A DNA stretch of 64,000 bases from the human T2T-CHM13v2.0 reference genome, Homo sapiens: the NCBI RefSeq assembly GCF_009914755.1, contig NC_060942.1; one strand, 5' to 3'. Under the pieces are notes generated by a model. It was given only the letters and a program-made list of their open reading frames with translations, made no database searches and was not told where the DNA came from. The stretch's first letter is position 1, and each line of letters opens with the position of its first letter. Below are positions 1 through 16,552 of this stretch, piece after piece. Both the position numbers and the translations under genes were made by a program.

Positions 1-875
1 CAAGCAAACAAAAACAACTGCAAACAAGAGAACATAACAGTGGGCTAAGACTGGACTTGAGCATAGCAAGAAGCTGGATTTTTCCTGGGGGCAGACGCCC
101 ACACCAGGAGTAGATTTGGACCTGGGACCCACCTCTGAAAGTGGATAAAGTTGAAATGTTAGGAGTTCCTTGTAGGCACATTATCTGTGGAGGAAAGCAA
201 CCCAAGAACACAGAACTCTCATGGATTGTGTGGTCAAACATAGTCAAACACACAATCTTCATATACCTAAGGAAACAAACCAGCAGAGTGAGAGTTTGCA
301 AAAGCAATTCATCAGTATAGAGTATTTTACTTTCTGAACAAAGACTTCAGATGATTGGCATGATCAGATTTGAAATAGGAAAGAACTATTACAATCCAAA
401 ATAGAATTTTTAAAAATAAGCAGGAACTAAGGACTATCAAAAATGCAGATGAAATAAAAAGTATAATTCTTGAAATGTTCTAGACAGCATGTTATGCACA
501 GATGAAGAGAGAATTAATATCATACAATTTAATCATTAAATCGTTGAATTTATCATTCAATTTAAAAGGAAGCCCTGCACCTCCTGAAAGAAGGGAAAAA
601 ATAATAAACATCAAGATAAATCCAAGTTACCCAGAATGCAGCCAGGAGATAAGGAGTTAAAGAAAAAAGATTATGTGGAGGGCACAATGAGAAGGCTGAA
701 ACATAAATGTCATCAGTATTTGAGAAGAAAAAGTGCAGAACATAGGGGGGCGGATAGAGGAGAAAAACAAATTGTGGGGGTCACAGCAGAAATAATAGAA
801 GCTAAAAGACTGGATAATAACACCTTCAAAGTGCTAAGAAAAAAACAACTGGCAACTCGTAACTATATACCTGCT
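1..875 (+). mobile_element. Ancient L1M 5'/ORF1 remnant
   Basis: A-rich sequence; ORF 636..1016 contains [10 protein letters not shown], resembling the L1 ORF1 'IFKVLKEK' region. Confidence 0.55.
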
Positions 876-876
876 G

Positions 877-1092
<216 letters not shown>

Positions 1093-1267
1093 TAGAAAAT
1101 TAAAATATTTAAATTGTGAAATTAAATAACGAGCTAAGATACTGATTTTTTAAAAATACCATGTAAATTGAAAGAGGGGTAATTGGATTTAATCTTCTAA
1201 GCCTTGTTATTGTTCAGAAGCAAGGTTAAAGTAGAGATGCAGGTAACATTTTGAGGGTAAATACTAA

Positions 1268-1729
<462 letters not shown>

Positions 1730-4679
1730 TAAGATTAATAAATCCATAGATCCCCAAAGTTAAGTGAAAGCAGGAATCCAGAAAGACATGGATACACCAA
1801 AGCCAGATTTCACCCTGAGGGTTTCTGCTGGACCTGGAGAGCTTAGGCAGCACATCGCCCCCACCCTTTGGCCACCACACAGGAGGTAATCATAAGATCC
1901 CAGGGTCTGCTCAAGGTGGAAAAATTTAATAGAAGCAGTCTGCATAAATTTGTGATCTCACAGAGCTACATCCTTAGCTTCAAGGTTAGTGAGAGGCCCA
2001 CAGTGAAACAGACTGTCTTGCCCTTGGTGCTGGGTAAAGGGAGGAAATCTTCCCTGAGGATTCATGTTCATAAATTTGTCCTCATGCAGGTTTTTGGTCT
2101 AAGGTTATAGTAGCAAAATGTTCCAAAAAGACTTCAAACTGATAATTTAGAACAGAACAGTGTTAGCGGAATCCTAAAGCAGCAGAGAGAAGCAAACAAA
2201 TGTTCTCCGGAAGAACTGAACCTCAACTCACACCTCAGAGAATTCCTAGCAACCTAGTTCTAAGAAAGTGAGCAGCTTTCACCCAAAAGGAACATGCGCG
2301 AATGAGGAGGACAGAATCAACAGACAATGGGAAGAGATTATCCAGACTACATGAGAACTTCAATACATTTAAGGAAATAAAAGAGAAGATTGAAATATGA
2401 ACAGAAAACAGTCTATTAAGAAGGCCCATGCAGATTTGAAAGAGAACTAAACAAACTTCTAGAACTGAAAGTTATAATAATTAAAAATTTACAACTTGGA
2501 CACATTAAACAAATTACGCTACTGAGAAAATCAGTGAATGAGTGAGACAGATCGATCTATCCAGAATGTAGTATAGAGATAGAGATGAAAAAGACAAAAT
2601 AAAGGTTGACACAAGGAGAGTTGAGTGAAATTTAACATGGTTAACTGAGGTTTCAGAGGGAGATAAGAACAAACAGAGACAAAATTTGGGGAGAAAATAT
2701 CAGATCCAAGAAACCCAGTGAAGAGCAGAATAGATAGTGGGCTTTTTAAAAAATATAGACATATAATGAGACTTCAGAATGCCAAATAGAGAAGATTTTA
2801 GAGGCCAGAGAGAAAAGATGGACTAAGACCAAGGAAGAACTGGCATTTAGATTAATGTCTGACTTCTCAAGGACAGCAATGGAAGCCAGAAAACAGTGGA
2901 CTAGTAGCTTTGGGGTGATGAGAACTGACAATCTGGAATTCTATACTCAGAGAGCATTTTCTAAGAATGAAGGCAAAATAAGATAAATAGAAACTGGTGA
3001 TTTTCTGGATTTGCTAGCCAGAAGCTTTGCTGAAAGAAATTCTTAAAAATCCACTTAAGTGAATATTTTTAAATCCAGCTATATGCTACTTATACCCAAA
3101 TCATAAGAACTCAAAGACTAATGCAGAATGGAAATCATTAACCAAAAAGAAAATATTAATCAAGTATGCCAGAAAAGACTAGGCATAGCTAGGTAATATC
3201 TGATGAAAACGTTTTTTAAAAGGGAAATAAAGCATTACAAGTGGTGGAGTTTCACTTCAGAATGATAGAAGGTTCAATTCATTAGGAAGATATGGAGTTC
3301 TAAAATTTCACCTAAAAGCATAATTTAATTTTCAGAAAATAGAACTGCAAGAGGAGAAAACAAATACATAGTTGAATATGTGAACACACCTCTCTCAGAA
3401 ATTAATGGTTCAAGCAGAGAAAACATGAATAATGATATAGAAGATTTAACAGTACAATTTGCAAGTTTACATACATGCAGCATTGCACACAACAGCTAGT
3501 GAATGCACATTCTTCAAGTAGGTGGGGACATTTTCAAGAGTTGATCACCTGTGAGGTCATAAAGCTAGCCTCAACAGAAACAAACACCACAGAAACGTTC
3601 TCTGGGCAAAACGCAATTAAGCTAAGAATGAGTTAAAACAAAACTAGAAATAAATTCCATATATTTGGAAATTTTAAAACTACTAAATAACTCACGGATC
3701 AAAGGAGAAGCAAAATACTATGTCAAACTTGTGAAATGCTATGGTACTTGTAGGGAAATTTAATAATTGTTAATGCTTTCATTTAAAAGAAAAAGGATCA
3801 AAAAGGTCAAGGTCATCAGGCATTAATCATCCTACATAAGAAGCTAGACAAAACCCAGCAAATTAAGTCCAAAGGAAGTAGAATGAAGAAAGGTAATCAT
3901 ATAGAAAAAAGCCACAATTAATGCAAGAGAAAATAAACATAAATGAGAGAACAAAGGGCAAAAGTTGGTTCTTTGGAAAAGATGAATAAAACAGACAAGA
4001 CTCTCAAAAGGGTAAGAGGAAAGAGAGAAAAGACGAGAAGTATTAGGATAAAAAAGTACTTAACTATCAATACATCAGAAATGTAATAGGTAAGAATGTA
4101 CTATAGCCAATTTTAAGCCCGTTAATTTGAAAATTTAGGCATAATGGCATAATTTTGAAAATACAACTTTCTACACTAATTTTAGAAGGAGTAGAAAATC
4201 TGCAAATTTTTATAAGTATTAACAAAATTGGATCCATCAACAGAACCACACACACACAAAAATCTTCAGGCCCATTGGACTTTACAGGAAAATTCAAGGA
4301 ACAATTAATTTCAAGTTTACACAAACTCTTCCAGAGAATAACGGCCAGTGTAGTCTTAATACCAAAACCAAACAAGAAAGTGGGGAAAAACATAAAACCA
4401 AAAAAAAAAATCTAGATAAAATATCAGCAAACTGAATCAAGCAGTGTCCTAAAAAAAAAAAAAAGATAATATATTATCACCTAGAAATGTTTGTCTCAGG
4501 AATCAAAGGATTGGTTTAACATTAGGAAAACAATTCACTGAAATAATTGAATTAACAGTTTAAAGGAAGAAAATCATGTCACCGTCTCAATAGATGGAGA
4601 AAAAGCAGTCAGTGAAAAATCTCTTTTCATGATGAGAAGTTCTGCAAGTGTTCCATAATCTGACAGAGGACATTTTTTA

Positions 4680-5594
<915 letters not shown>

Positions 5595-6059
5595 AATGGC
5601 ATATTGAAAAGATTCCCTTTGCAGCCAATAACAAGACAAAGATGCCCTCTATCATATGTTTTACATTATATAGGAGAGTCTAGTGAATACAATGAGGTAA
5701 GCAAAAAAAAAAAAAGTATGTGTTTGGAAATGAAAATACAAAACTCATTATTTAGAGATGATAGCATTGAAAATTCAATTAATCTACAGAAGTGGCTGTA
5801 ATTAATAAAAGCGTAGGAAGGTTTCTGAATGCAAACTCCATATATGAAAGTTAATTGTATTTCTACATACAAGCAACAATCCGTTAGAAAATTAAACTAT
5901 AAAATATATCATTTATAACAGTAAGATTAAATTACTTTGCATTTGTCTAATAAAATATGTGTAAGTAGTACATGGAGAAAAGTATAAAACTTTTTATTGG
6001 AAAATGTTAAAGATAGCCTACATAATGAAGACTTTTTTTTCCAATCAGGATGAGTTATT

Positions 6060-7260
6060 CAATACATGAATAGAGATCATACCAAGTTAAAAAGCTTCTG
6101 CACAGCAAAGGAAACAACTAGCAAAGTGAAGGGACAACCCACAGATGGGATAAAATATTTGCAAACTACTCATCTGACAAGGGATTAATAACCAGAATAT
6201 GTAAGGAGCTCAAGCAACTCTATAGGAAAAGAATCTAATAATCCAATTTAAAAATGGGCAAAAGCTTTGAATAGGCATTTCTCAAAATAATACAAACAAA
6301 TGGCAAACAGGCATATGAAAAAGTGCTCAACATCACTAATGGATCATCAGAGAAATGTAAAATCAAAACAGCAATGAGATATCATCTCACCATGGTTAAG
6401 ATGGCTTACATCCAAAAAACAGGCAATAACAAATGCTGGCAAGATGTGGAGAAAAGGGAGCCCTTGTACACTGTTGGTGGAAATGTAAATTAGTATCACC
6501 ACTATGGAGAACAGTTTGGAGGTTCCTCAAAAAACTAAACATAGAGCTACAATGTGATCCAGCAATCCTTCTGCTGGATATATACCCAAAAGAAAGGAAA
6601 TCAATATATCAAAGAGGTATTCACACTCTCATATTTGTTACAGCTCTGTTCACAGCAGCCAAGATTTGAAAGCAACCTAAGTGTGCATCATCAGATGAAT
6701 GGATAAAGAAAATGTGGTACATACACACAATGGAGTACTATTCAGACATAAAAAATAACGAGATCCTGTCCTTTGCAACAACATGAATGAAACTGGAGGT
6801 CATTATTGTTAAGTGAAATAAGCCAGGAACAGAAAGATAAATATTGAATGTTCTCACTTATTTGTGGGATCTAAAAATTAAAATAATAGAACTCATGGAG
6901 AGAGACAGTAGAAGGATAGTTACCAGAGGCTGGGAAGGGTAGTGGGAGACCAGGGGGAGGTGAGGATGGTTAATGCTACAAAAAATAATTAGAAAAAAAA
7001 CAGCAAGACCTAGTGTTTGATAGCACAACAGGTTGACTATAGTCAAAATAATTTAATTGTACATTTTTAAATAACTAAAAGTGTACAACTGGATTGTTTG
7101 TAACACAAGGGATAAGTGCCTGAGGGAATGGATAACCCCCATTCTCCATGATGTGATTATTATGCACTGTATGCCCTCATCAAAATAGCTCATGTACCTC
7201 ATAAATGTTAATACCTCGTAGGTATTATTAATACTCACAAAATTTAAAATTTTTTAAAAA
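6060..7260 (+). mobile_element. L1MA-type 3' end (ORF2 C-terminus plus 3'UTR)
   Basis: aaaagcttctgcacagcaaaggaaac, [21 protein letters not shown] and an L1MA-like 3'UTR ttaccagaggctgggaagggtagtggg. Confidence 0.85.
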
Positions 7261-7885
7261 TAGTGTTAAGAAAACTGGTTATCTACATAGACAAAAGAAG
7301 AAATTGGATTCCTACTTTCACCAAACACAAAACAATTTCCACATAGATTAAGAGTAACACGTACAAATCAAAACTATGCAATTTTGAGAAGATAATATGG
7401 AAAAATATTTTAATGACTTTTTATGTCTTGAAATAGGGAAGAATTTCTTATACAAGACACAAACTGCAAAGAAAAGCTTGACTATTTTGATACTATGAAC
7501 TCATGGTTATAAAAAGATGTCAAAAAGGGAGTGAAAATACCAATCACAGACTCTAAAAAGAAATTTGCCACACACATAATAGATGAGAAAATGTTATCCA
7601 GAATGCTTAACTCCTACCTAAAAGGATGGACGAAGAACATGAAAATGCATTTCACAGAAAAAGAAATACAAAAGATTATAGGCAAATAACAAGACACTCA
7701 ACTTTATTATTAATCTGAGAAATTAGAATTCTTACCACAATATTATTTTATTTCTCATCCTTCAGACTGACAAAGATAATTAAAACCCAGATATCAAGTA
7801 TTGGTGAGGATATGGAGCAAAAGGAACTTTCATCAGTTTATAATAGGAGTGTACATTTGTATAATCACTTTGGAAAACAATGCAG

Positions 7886-8355
<470 letters not shown>

Positions 8356-8361
8356 TTTTTC

Positions 8362-8379
8362 TGGCAAACCATGAGGGGA
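8362..8379 (+). other. Retroviral primer-binding site (degenerate, resembles a tRNA-Arg PBS)
   Basis: TGGCAAACCATGAGGGGA starting 6 nt after the LTR terminal CA. Confidence 0.65.
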
Positions 8380-8543
8380 TTATATTTAAGATACCTCTGA
8401 CCCAAAGGAAAATCATCTGCATGCAACACCAATTGACTGGCTTTGGCTGTGCCTGCTTATTAGGCCATAGGAAATGCATGCTTTCCTGGCCCTGTTCATC
8501 CAAGGGCTCTGCCCTGAAGCTAGTAATTCAGTTAAGAAACTGG

Positions 8544-10928
<2,385 letters not shown>

Positions 10929-10938
10929 AAGAAACTGG

Positions 10939-12303
10939 TGAATGAAAAATTATACAACTACTGTATCCTCTTCTGTCTGTCTATTTGTATGTGTTGTGTG
11001 TGTGCTGTTTATATGTGAAAGAGTTTTGATTAATTGGTTTAAAAGTAATAAGAGCTTAAATCACATATTTTGTCAGACAAAGAAAAGCTACAGTGTCTTT
11101 TGGTTCATCTGACTTTAGTAAGCTTTGGGAAATAAAGACAGTTTTAAAGGTTATTGGTAAAATTAAAATGTCTTCAAAATTTAGATATTTGGTCTAAATT
11201 AGGCAGGTCAGATATTAGGTGTCCTAAATGCTTTAAGGTCATAAACTGCTTCTTTAAGTTTTAAAAATTGTTCAGTTTACCTACTTTGGAGTATTAGATT
11301 CTAGATAAGGCCTGGGGACATGTGGAGTTAGCCATACCCCCTAGCATGTTGGAAAGAGTCAGGCCTTATCTGCACTTTTGTCTGCTGTCCTAGGCTTCAC
11401 ACAATTGCTTACTAACCAGATTTTTCACCAAAAGTAAACGTTGCTAAGAGTTAACATTGTAACATGTATCTGAGACTACTAGAGAAACAGTTCTACACAC
11501 AAGGCATGTAAGGAAAGCAGAATATACTTTTAGTAAAAGACTATAAGAAGCCAAGGGAATGTGCATTTCCTGCTTAAGTTTAGAGAGTTAAAGGATTGTT
11601 TTAAGTGAGATAGAAAATATCTAAACGTTTGAACAAGTTGTGGAAGGTTTATAAAGAATTAATTGTAAAAGAGATTCTGTGTGTGAACATATTTGCTAAA
11701 GTTAAAGGGGTATTACTCACTTTTTCTGTAAATTGAATATTAAAATAAAAGCAAATATAAAATAAGATAAATAAAATTAATTATTAATTAATAATAAACA
11801 ATAAAATGATAAAATAATAAGATATAATATATCATATTAATATAATACAATATATCATATTATATGGTATATAATATTAAAATATATATCACAATAAATA
11901 ATAAAATAATAATAATAAATAAATAAAGGGGTTTTCTTAGAACACTGATCTGCTCTTTAATGAAAATTGTAACCGGTTATAAAAGGTTTATGAGAATCTT
12001 ACCTTATGCTCAAACTGATTAAGATTGGATAGATTTGTCTATAAGATGTTATTAAGAATTCGGGTTGACATTAATAGTACACTAATGCAAAGGGTGAAAT
12101 TTGGCTTATTTGGTATAAAGATCACACAGGAAGCATTGTCAAATATGAAATGCTGTTTGGCTTTCTTTGAGCTGATTTGTATAAATATGTTACTGATATG
12201 TGTTCCAAAATAATGGGAAACTCCTATAATTCTGATATGATTTAGTGTGTGTTATCATTAATAATTATAATTGTTACACAAAATCATTGTATGTCACAGA
12301 GGT
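10939..12303 (+). mobile_element. ERV1 MER4-group (HUERS-P/LTR8-type) internal sequence, continuing 8356-8543
   Basis: Characteristic non-coding MER4-group internal sequence (gattaattggtttaaaag..., gttgctaagagttaacattgtaacatg); ends abruptly in an A-tail at 12304-12317. An AT-rich expansion occupies ~11750-11930. Confidence 0.75.
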
Positions 12304-12454
12304 AAAAAAGAAAAAAAAAAACAGTGTAGCATTGCCTGGTAAATAGAACATATGTCTACCCTGGGGTCTGCAATTTCACTTCTAGAAAATCCTGCACATA
12401 TGCACTGGGAGACATTCTCATGGGGGTATTTATCATACCAGCATGAATGAATGA

Positions 12455-12497
<43 letters not shown>

Positions 12498-12601
12498 TGT
12501 ATATATACATGAGTATATATATATATACACACACGTGTGTATGTGTGTATGTGTATCTATACACACATGTGTGTATATATGTGTGTGTGTATATATATAT
12601 A
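12455..12601. repeat. Compound (TA)n/(TG)n/(CA)n microsatellite
   Basis: Directly visible alternating purine-pyrimidine tract. Confidence 0.95.
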
Positions 12602-13069
12602 ATGCTACCAGAGGTAATCCAGATATCTAACTCAACACAACAGAGAGATACATTTTGATATAGTCACAGAATGAGCTACACACTGAAGAAATTGAATAAA
12701 CTATGGCTTCACACAATAATATGCATGATCTCAAAACATAATGGAGAGTGCAAGAAGCAAATTCACAGAGGAGTCAATTTAGTGTGATGGCAATTTTGTA
12801 AATTCAAAAAACCAAGACTAAACAATACATTGAAGAAGCATACATGAGTAGGTGATAAAATGAAAAAGAAAAGCAAGTTAATGAATAAAACTCTCCAGTT
12901 ATACTGAGATTGTCAGGTTGGATGTTTTAAAAATCCAGCTATATGATATTTACAAGAGCCATATGTAAAACACAAAGGCATTTTAAAAAGTTGAAAATAA
13001 AGGGATGAATACAGACTCAGGGAAATACTAGACATTGTCCAATTCCTGTTCTCTGCCTAGCTTGGCACT

Positions 13070-13240
13070 AAATATCTAATTCATTTAATTTTCTCTATCC
13101 TAAAAATGTAGATAATGTTCTCATTTTTATGGATAAGGAAACCTAGAGTAAAGTGATTAAGTAACCTACCCATAGTTTCCAAACTGGTCACTAATAGAAG
13201 TGCTGTTCACACCCAATTCTCTTTCCACAGCACCATGTTG
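13070..13240. mobile_element. MIR fragment
   Basis: ctcatttttatggataaggaaacctagag..gattaagtaacctaccca (MIR core-like). Confidence 0.6.
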
Positions 13241-13534
13241 CTCCTCCTCGGACACAGGCTGATCCTATCTCAGCATTCTTGGAAGGCTAAGAGAGAGTAA
13301 TAGAAGAACAAAACTGTGTCTGAAAATGTAGGGCTGCATGGTTGCTACACCTATTGACACAAGTGAGGGATGGACATAAAAATGCAAATAATTAAAAAGG
13401 CCTTTTTGACAGGAAAGAGTGGCTCCTACAGCCAAGGTGAGTCTATGGACCAAAAAGAGAGGAGTAGGAGAAGAGGGTGTTGATGCGCAGGTGGCGGGCA
13501 TACAAATGGACTCTGGCTTCTCTTCCTAGGGCAG

Positions 13535-13720
13535 CAGTGCTCTAAGCTTTTGGCATCAGAAATCTTTTACACTCTTAAAAATTACTTAGACCCTAAAACG
13601 CATTTGTTTACGTGTATGTAAAATAGTGTATTCCAATTTAGTATATACTAGTATATCCCATACTATGTTAGAAATTAAAGCTGATACTTTTTAAAACACA
13701 AGAATACACAACATACATTC
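13535..13720. mobile_element. hAT-Charlie DNA transposon end fragment
   Basis: cagtgctctaagcttttgg..ttttacactcttaaaaattac..ttagaaattaaagctga. Confidence 0.55.
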
Positions 13721-13859
13721 CATTAGCCTTCTGCTGAGAGTATAATGTGTCATTTTTAGAAGAAATTTTGGTAAGAGATGTAAAACCATTAAAATTCATA
13801 CCTTTAATCCATGAATCCATCCAAGAGTCTAGCATAAGGAATAAGGAAACAGTCCTATG

Positions 13860-13860
<1 letters not shown>

Positions 13861-13919
<59 letters not shown>

Positions 13920-13925
13920 AAGAAA
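13861..13925. repeat. (TG)n(AG)n compound microsatellite
   Basis: Directly visible. Confidence 0.97.
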
Positions 13926-14049
13926 AGAAGACAATTTCCAAAGGAAGCAACAATACGACGACAGTAAGGGATAGATTGAATGTACCTGGTAATATAGAGT
14001 AAAATGCTTATGTTGCATTCTGGTTATGCCACTTAGGGAAATTAACATC

Positions 14050-14190
14050 GATGTCCTTATCTATAAAATGGGAATAATTTTAATACCTACTTCATATGGA
14101 TGCTGTGCATATACAATGAGATTATCTATGCCAAGTACTAACTACAGTTCCTGGCATGTAGTAAGTGCCCAATAAATGTTAAATATTTTT
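14050..14190. mobile_element. MIR fragment
   Basis: ccttatctataaaatgggaataat..cctacttcata..gcatgtagtaagtgcccaataaatg. Confidence 0.75.
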
Positions 14191-15921
14191 GCTACCATTG
14201 CATGTGAAATACTATTCAGTTGCACAAGCAATTAAAATAATACAGAATTTAAATTCATTTACACGAAAACATATTCATGGTTATTAAGTAAAATGTTAAC
14301 AAGACAGCGTACACAACCTTCTATTTTTGGAAAGAACAAAATTTATCAAAAATTCTGCAAAGATATACATATGTTGTCTAACAGTGAGGATTACAGGTTA
14401 CTTGTATATTTTTTTCTTTTTTGTATGTTTTTCTTCTCTGGCGGTAACTTGTGTAATAAAACGTTTTCCTTAGGAACTGTACGGTATCATGGCTGACACA
14501 AGAGGGCGCAGTAGGACTCTTGTGAGTTTTTCCTGGCACTAAGGCCGAGGGTGTAACCCTCTGTGAGCTGTCCAAGGTCTGAAGAAGGCAAGAGCCTTAA
14601 TCCAGAACACAGAATGAAAGAATAGTTGTTTTCCACCCCCAAACAAAGTAACAAACAAATATGTGCACATTAGGAGCTACTGAAGCCAGGATCTCAGCTC
14701 AGATCATTTTTATCAGATTCTCTAGAGATGGGTCTAGAGAAAAAAAAAAAAATCCCAGACTATTCTAATGTGTAGCCAGGGTTGAGAATCCCTGACGCAT
14801 GAGGGAACTGAAAGCGACCTGACCGCAGGTGCCATGCGTAATTGGCAGGGGCCATGCTGGTCTCTTTCATTCCCTCAAAGATCTGGTTCAACTGCCGGCG
14901 ACTCTCCATGTGCCTCCTGCTCCGTACTCACATCAGTGAGCCTCCTTCCCCACTCGGTAGACTCACCTGGGAAAGACACTGACTGCCCTGCCTCCTCCAC
15001 CCACCCCTGAAGCACAGAGCAGGGCTGGAGCAGAGGCGCTTGAGGCTACAGTCAATCGTGGTTCACTCAGCTGTTTTGCAAAACGATTGCCTCACAACAC
15101 AGAGGCCTCCTTATTCCACACTGCAGTCAGCCCCATCCCGGAGGACGCTCATTGTTGATGATGAAGCACCTCAGCCCCAGATTCCCCTCAGCCAGCTTTC
15201 AAAAAGGTTCTGCTCTTGTGGGACAGGACGTTGGGGTGGAGGAAGCTCTGCACCTGATTTCTTACGCTGCACAATTGTGGGCCGGAGTAGAGAACTAGAG
15301 CTTCTCAGGAGGCAGAGAGGAGAGGAGAGAGCTTTGTCAGCCCCTGCAGGGCTGGGAATCCTCTGCCCGACAAGAGTGCAGAAGATACCTGTGCTCCTCT
15401 TCACTCCCAATGTCCTTCAGGCCACATTCGAGCGGGTCCTTGGCATCTTGCTGAGTTTACAGCTCACAGGGGTGTGAGCGACTGCAAAGGACCATCTTCT
15501 AGTGCTTTTGGGTGGAATCACAATCTCTTTGGGGTTCTCCCAAGGACTGAATGTGGAATGCAAGAAGGATACAACCACAAAATGACTTACCAGGGATTTC
15601 CATTCTTCACTGTGATGCTTTTCTATCCTCTTCTCTTCCCCTAAAGACATCCCAGTCACTGCTGACTCAAGACAAAGAGGAAGAAGTGAAAGCAAGACCC
15701 AGTGGTAGTTAGAATATTTTCACTAGTGAAGAGAGATTTTCCCAGAAATTCCCACACAATGTGATTGGTTGTGTCAATGGAGGAAAAGGAGCAATTGCTT
15801 TACATGCTGCATTCTTGGGGCCACTTCCATTGGGCCTATTAGAAATATCTGATGACCCATTGCTTAGGAAACACTGGGGAAATTAAGCTCTATCCACACT
15901 CAAGTTATCTTTTATTAGAAC

Positions 15922-16290
15922 TGTTTCAGTTATCTATTGCTGTATAGCATGATGACCCACATTTTGTTGGCTTAAGACAGTCATGTATTATTTCTCACTA
16001 TGCTGTGGGTTGGCTGGGGGTTCAGTCGGCTGACCTTGTAGGTGTATGTGGGACAAATGGGTCTTTTAATCTCCTGGACTTTCATCTTGGGCTTCTTTCT
16101 GGTATGATGGTCTCAGGGCAGCATCCCCAAGGGGCAAAAGCAGAAGCTAAAAGGCCCCTTGAGATTTCAGCTCTGGCATTTGAACATGACACCCACTGCA
16201 TTCTAGTAGTCAGGGCAAGTCACAGGCAGGAATAAATTCCATTCCTGATGAAAGAAGCTGAAAAACATTTGCGGCTATCTTTAACATATC
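15922..16290 (-). mobile_element. Old MaLR (MLT1-type) LTR
   Basis: tgtttcagttatctattgctgtatagc..ggcttaagaca..ttatttctcac. Confidence 0.65.
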
Positions 16291-16552
16291 ACAGCATTTC
16301 TTATCCTGAACACCAGTTGACATTTTGGGCCAAATAATTCTTTGTTGGGTGGAGGGGAGAGGGCTGTCCTGTGTATTATGGGGTATTTAACAACACCCCT
16401 GGCCTCTACCAATTAGATACCAGAAGCATGAGCAAGTGCACGCATGCACACTTGCACACACACTCACCAGCTGTGACAACCAAAAATGTCTCCAGACATT
16501 GCCAAGTGTTCCCTGGGGGACCAAAAAATCACCCCTCATTGAGAACCGCTGA
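16291..16552. mobile_element. MER20 (hAT) DNA transposon
   Basis: ttgacattttgggccaaataattctttg..ggcctctaccaattagatacc..caaaaatgtctccagacattgccaa..ttgagaaccgctg. Confidence 0.9.

Noticed and set aside
11750-11930. Nearly pure A/T tract of ~180 bp
   Set aside because: Low-complexity slippage expansion inside the ERV internal sequence; no repeat-spacer periodicity, so not CRISPR-like.
15040-15477. 145-aa ORF in a GC-richer block
   Set aside because: TTG start and no recognisable homology; the block is more plausibly regulatory.
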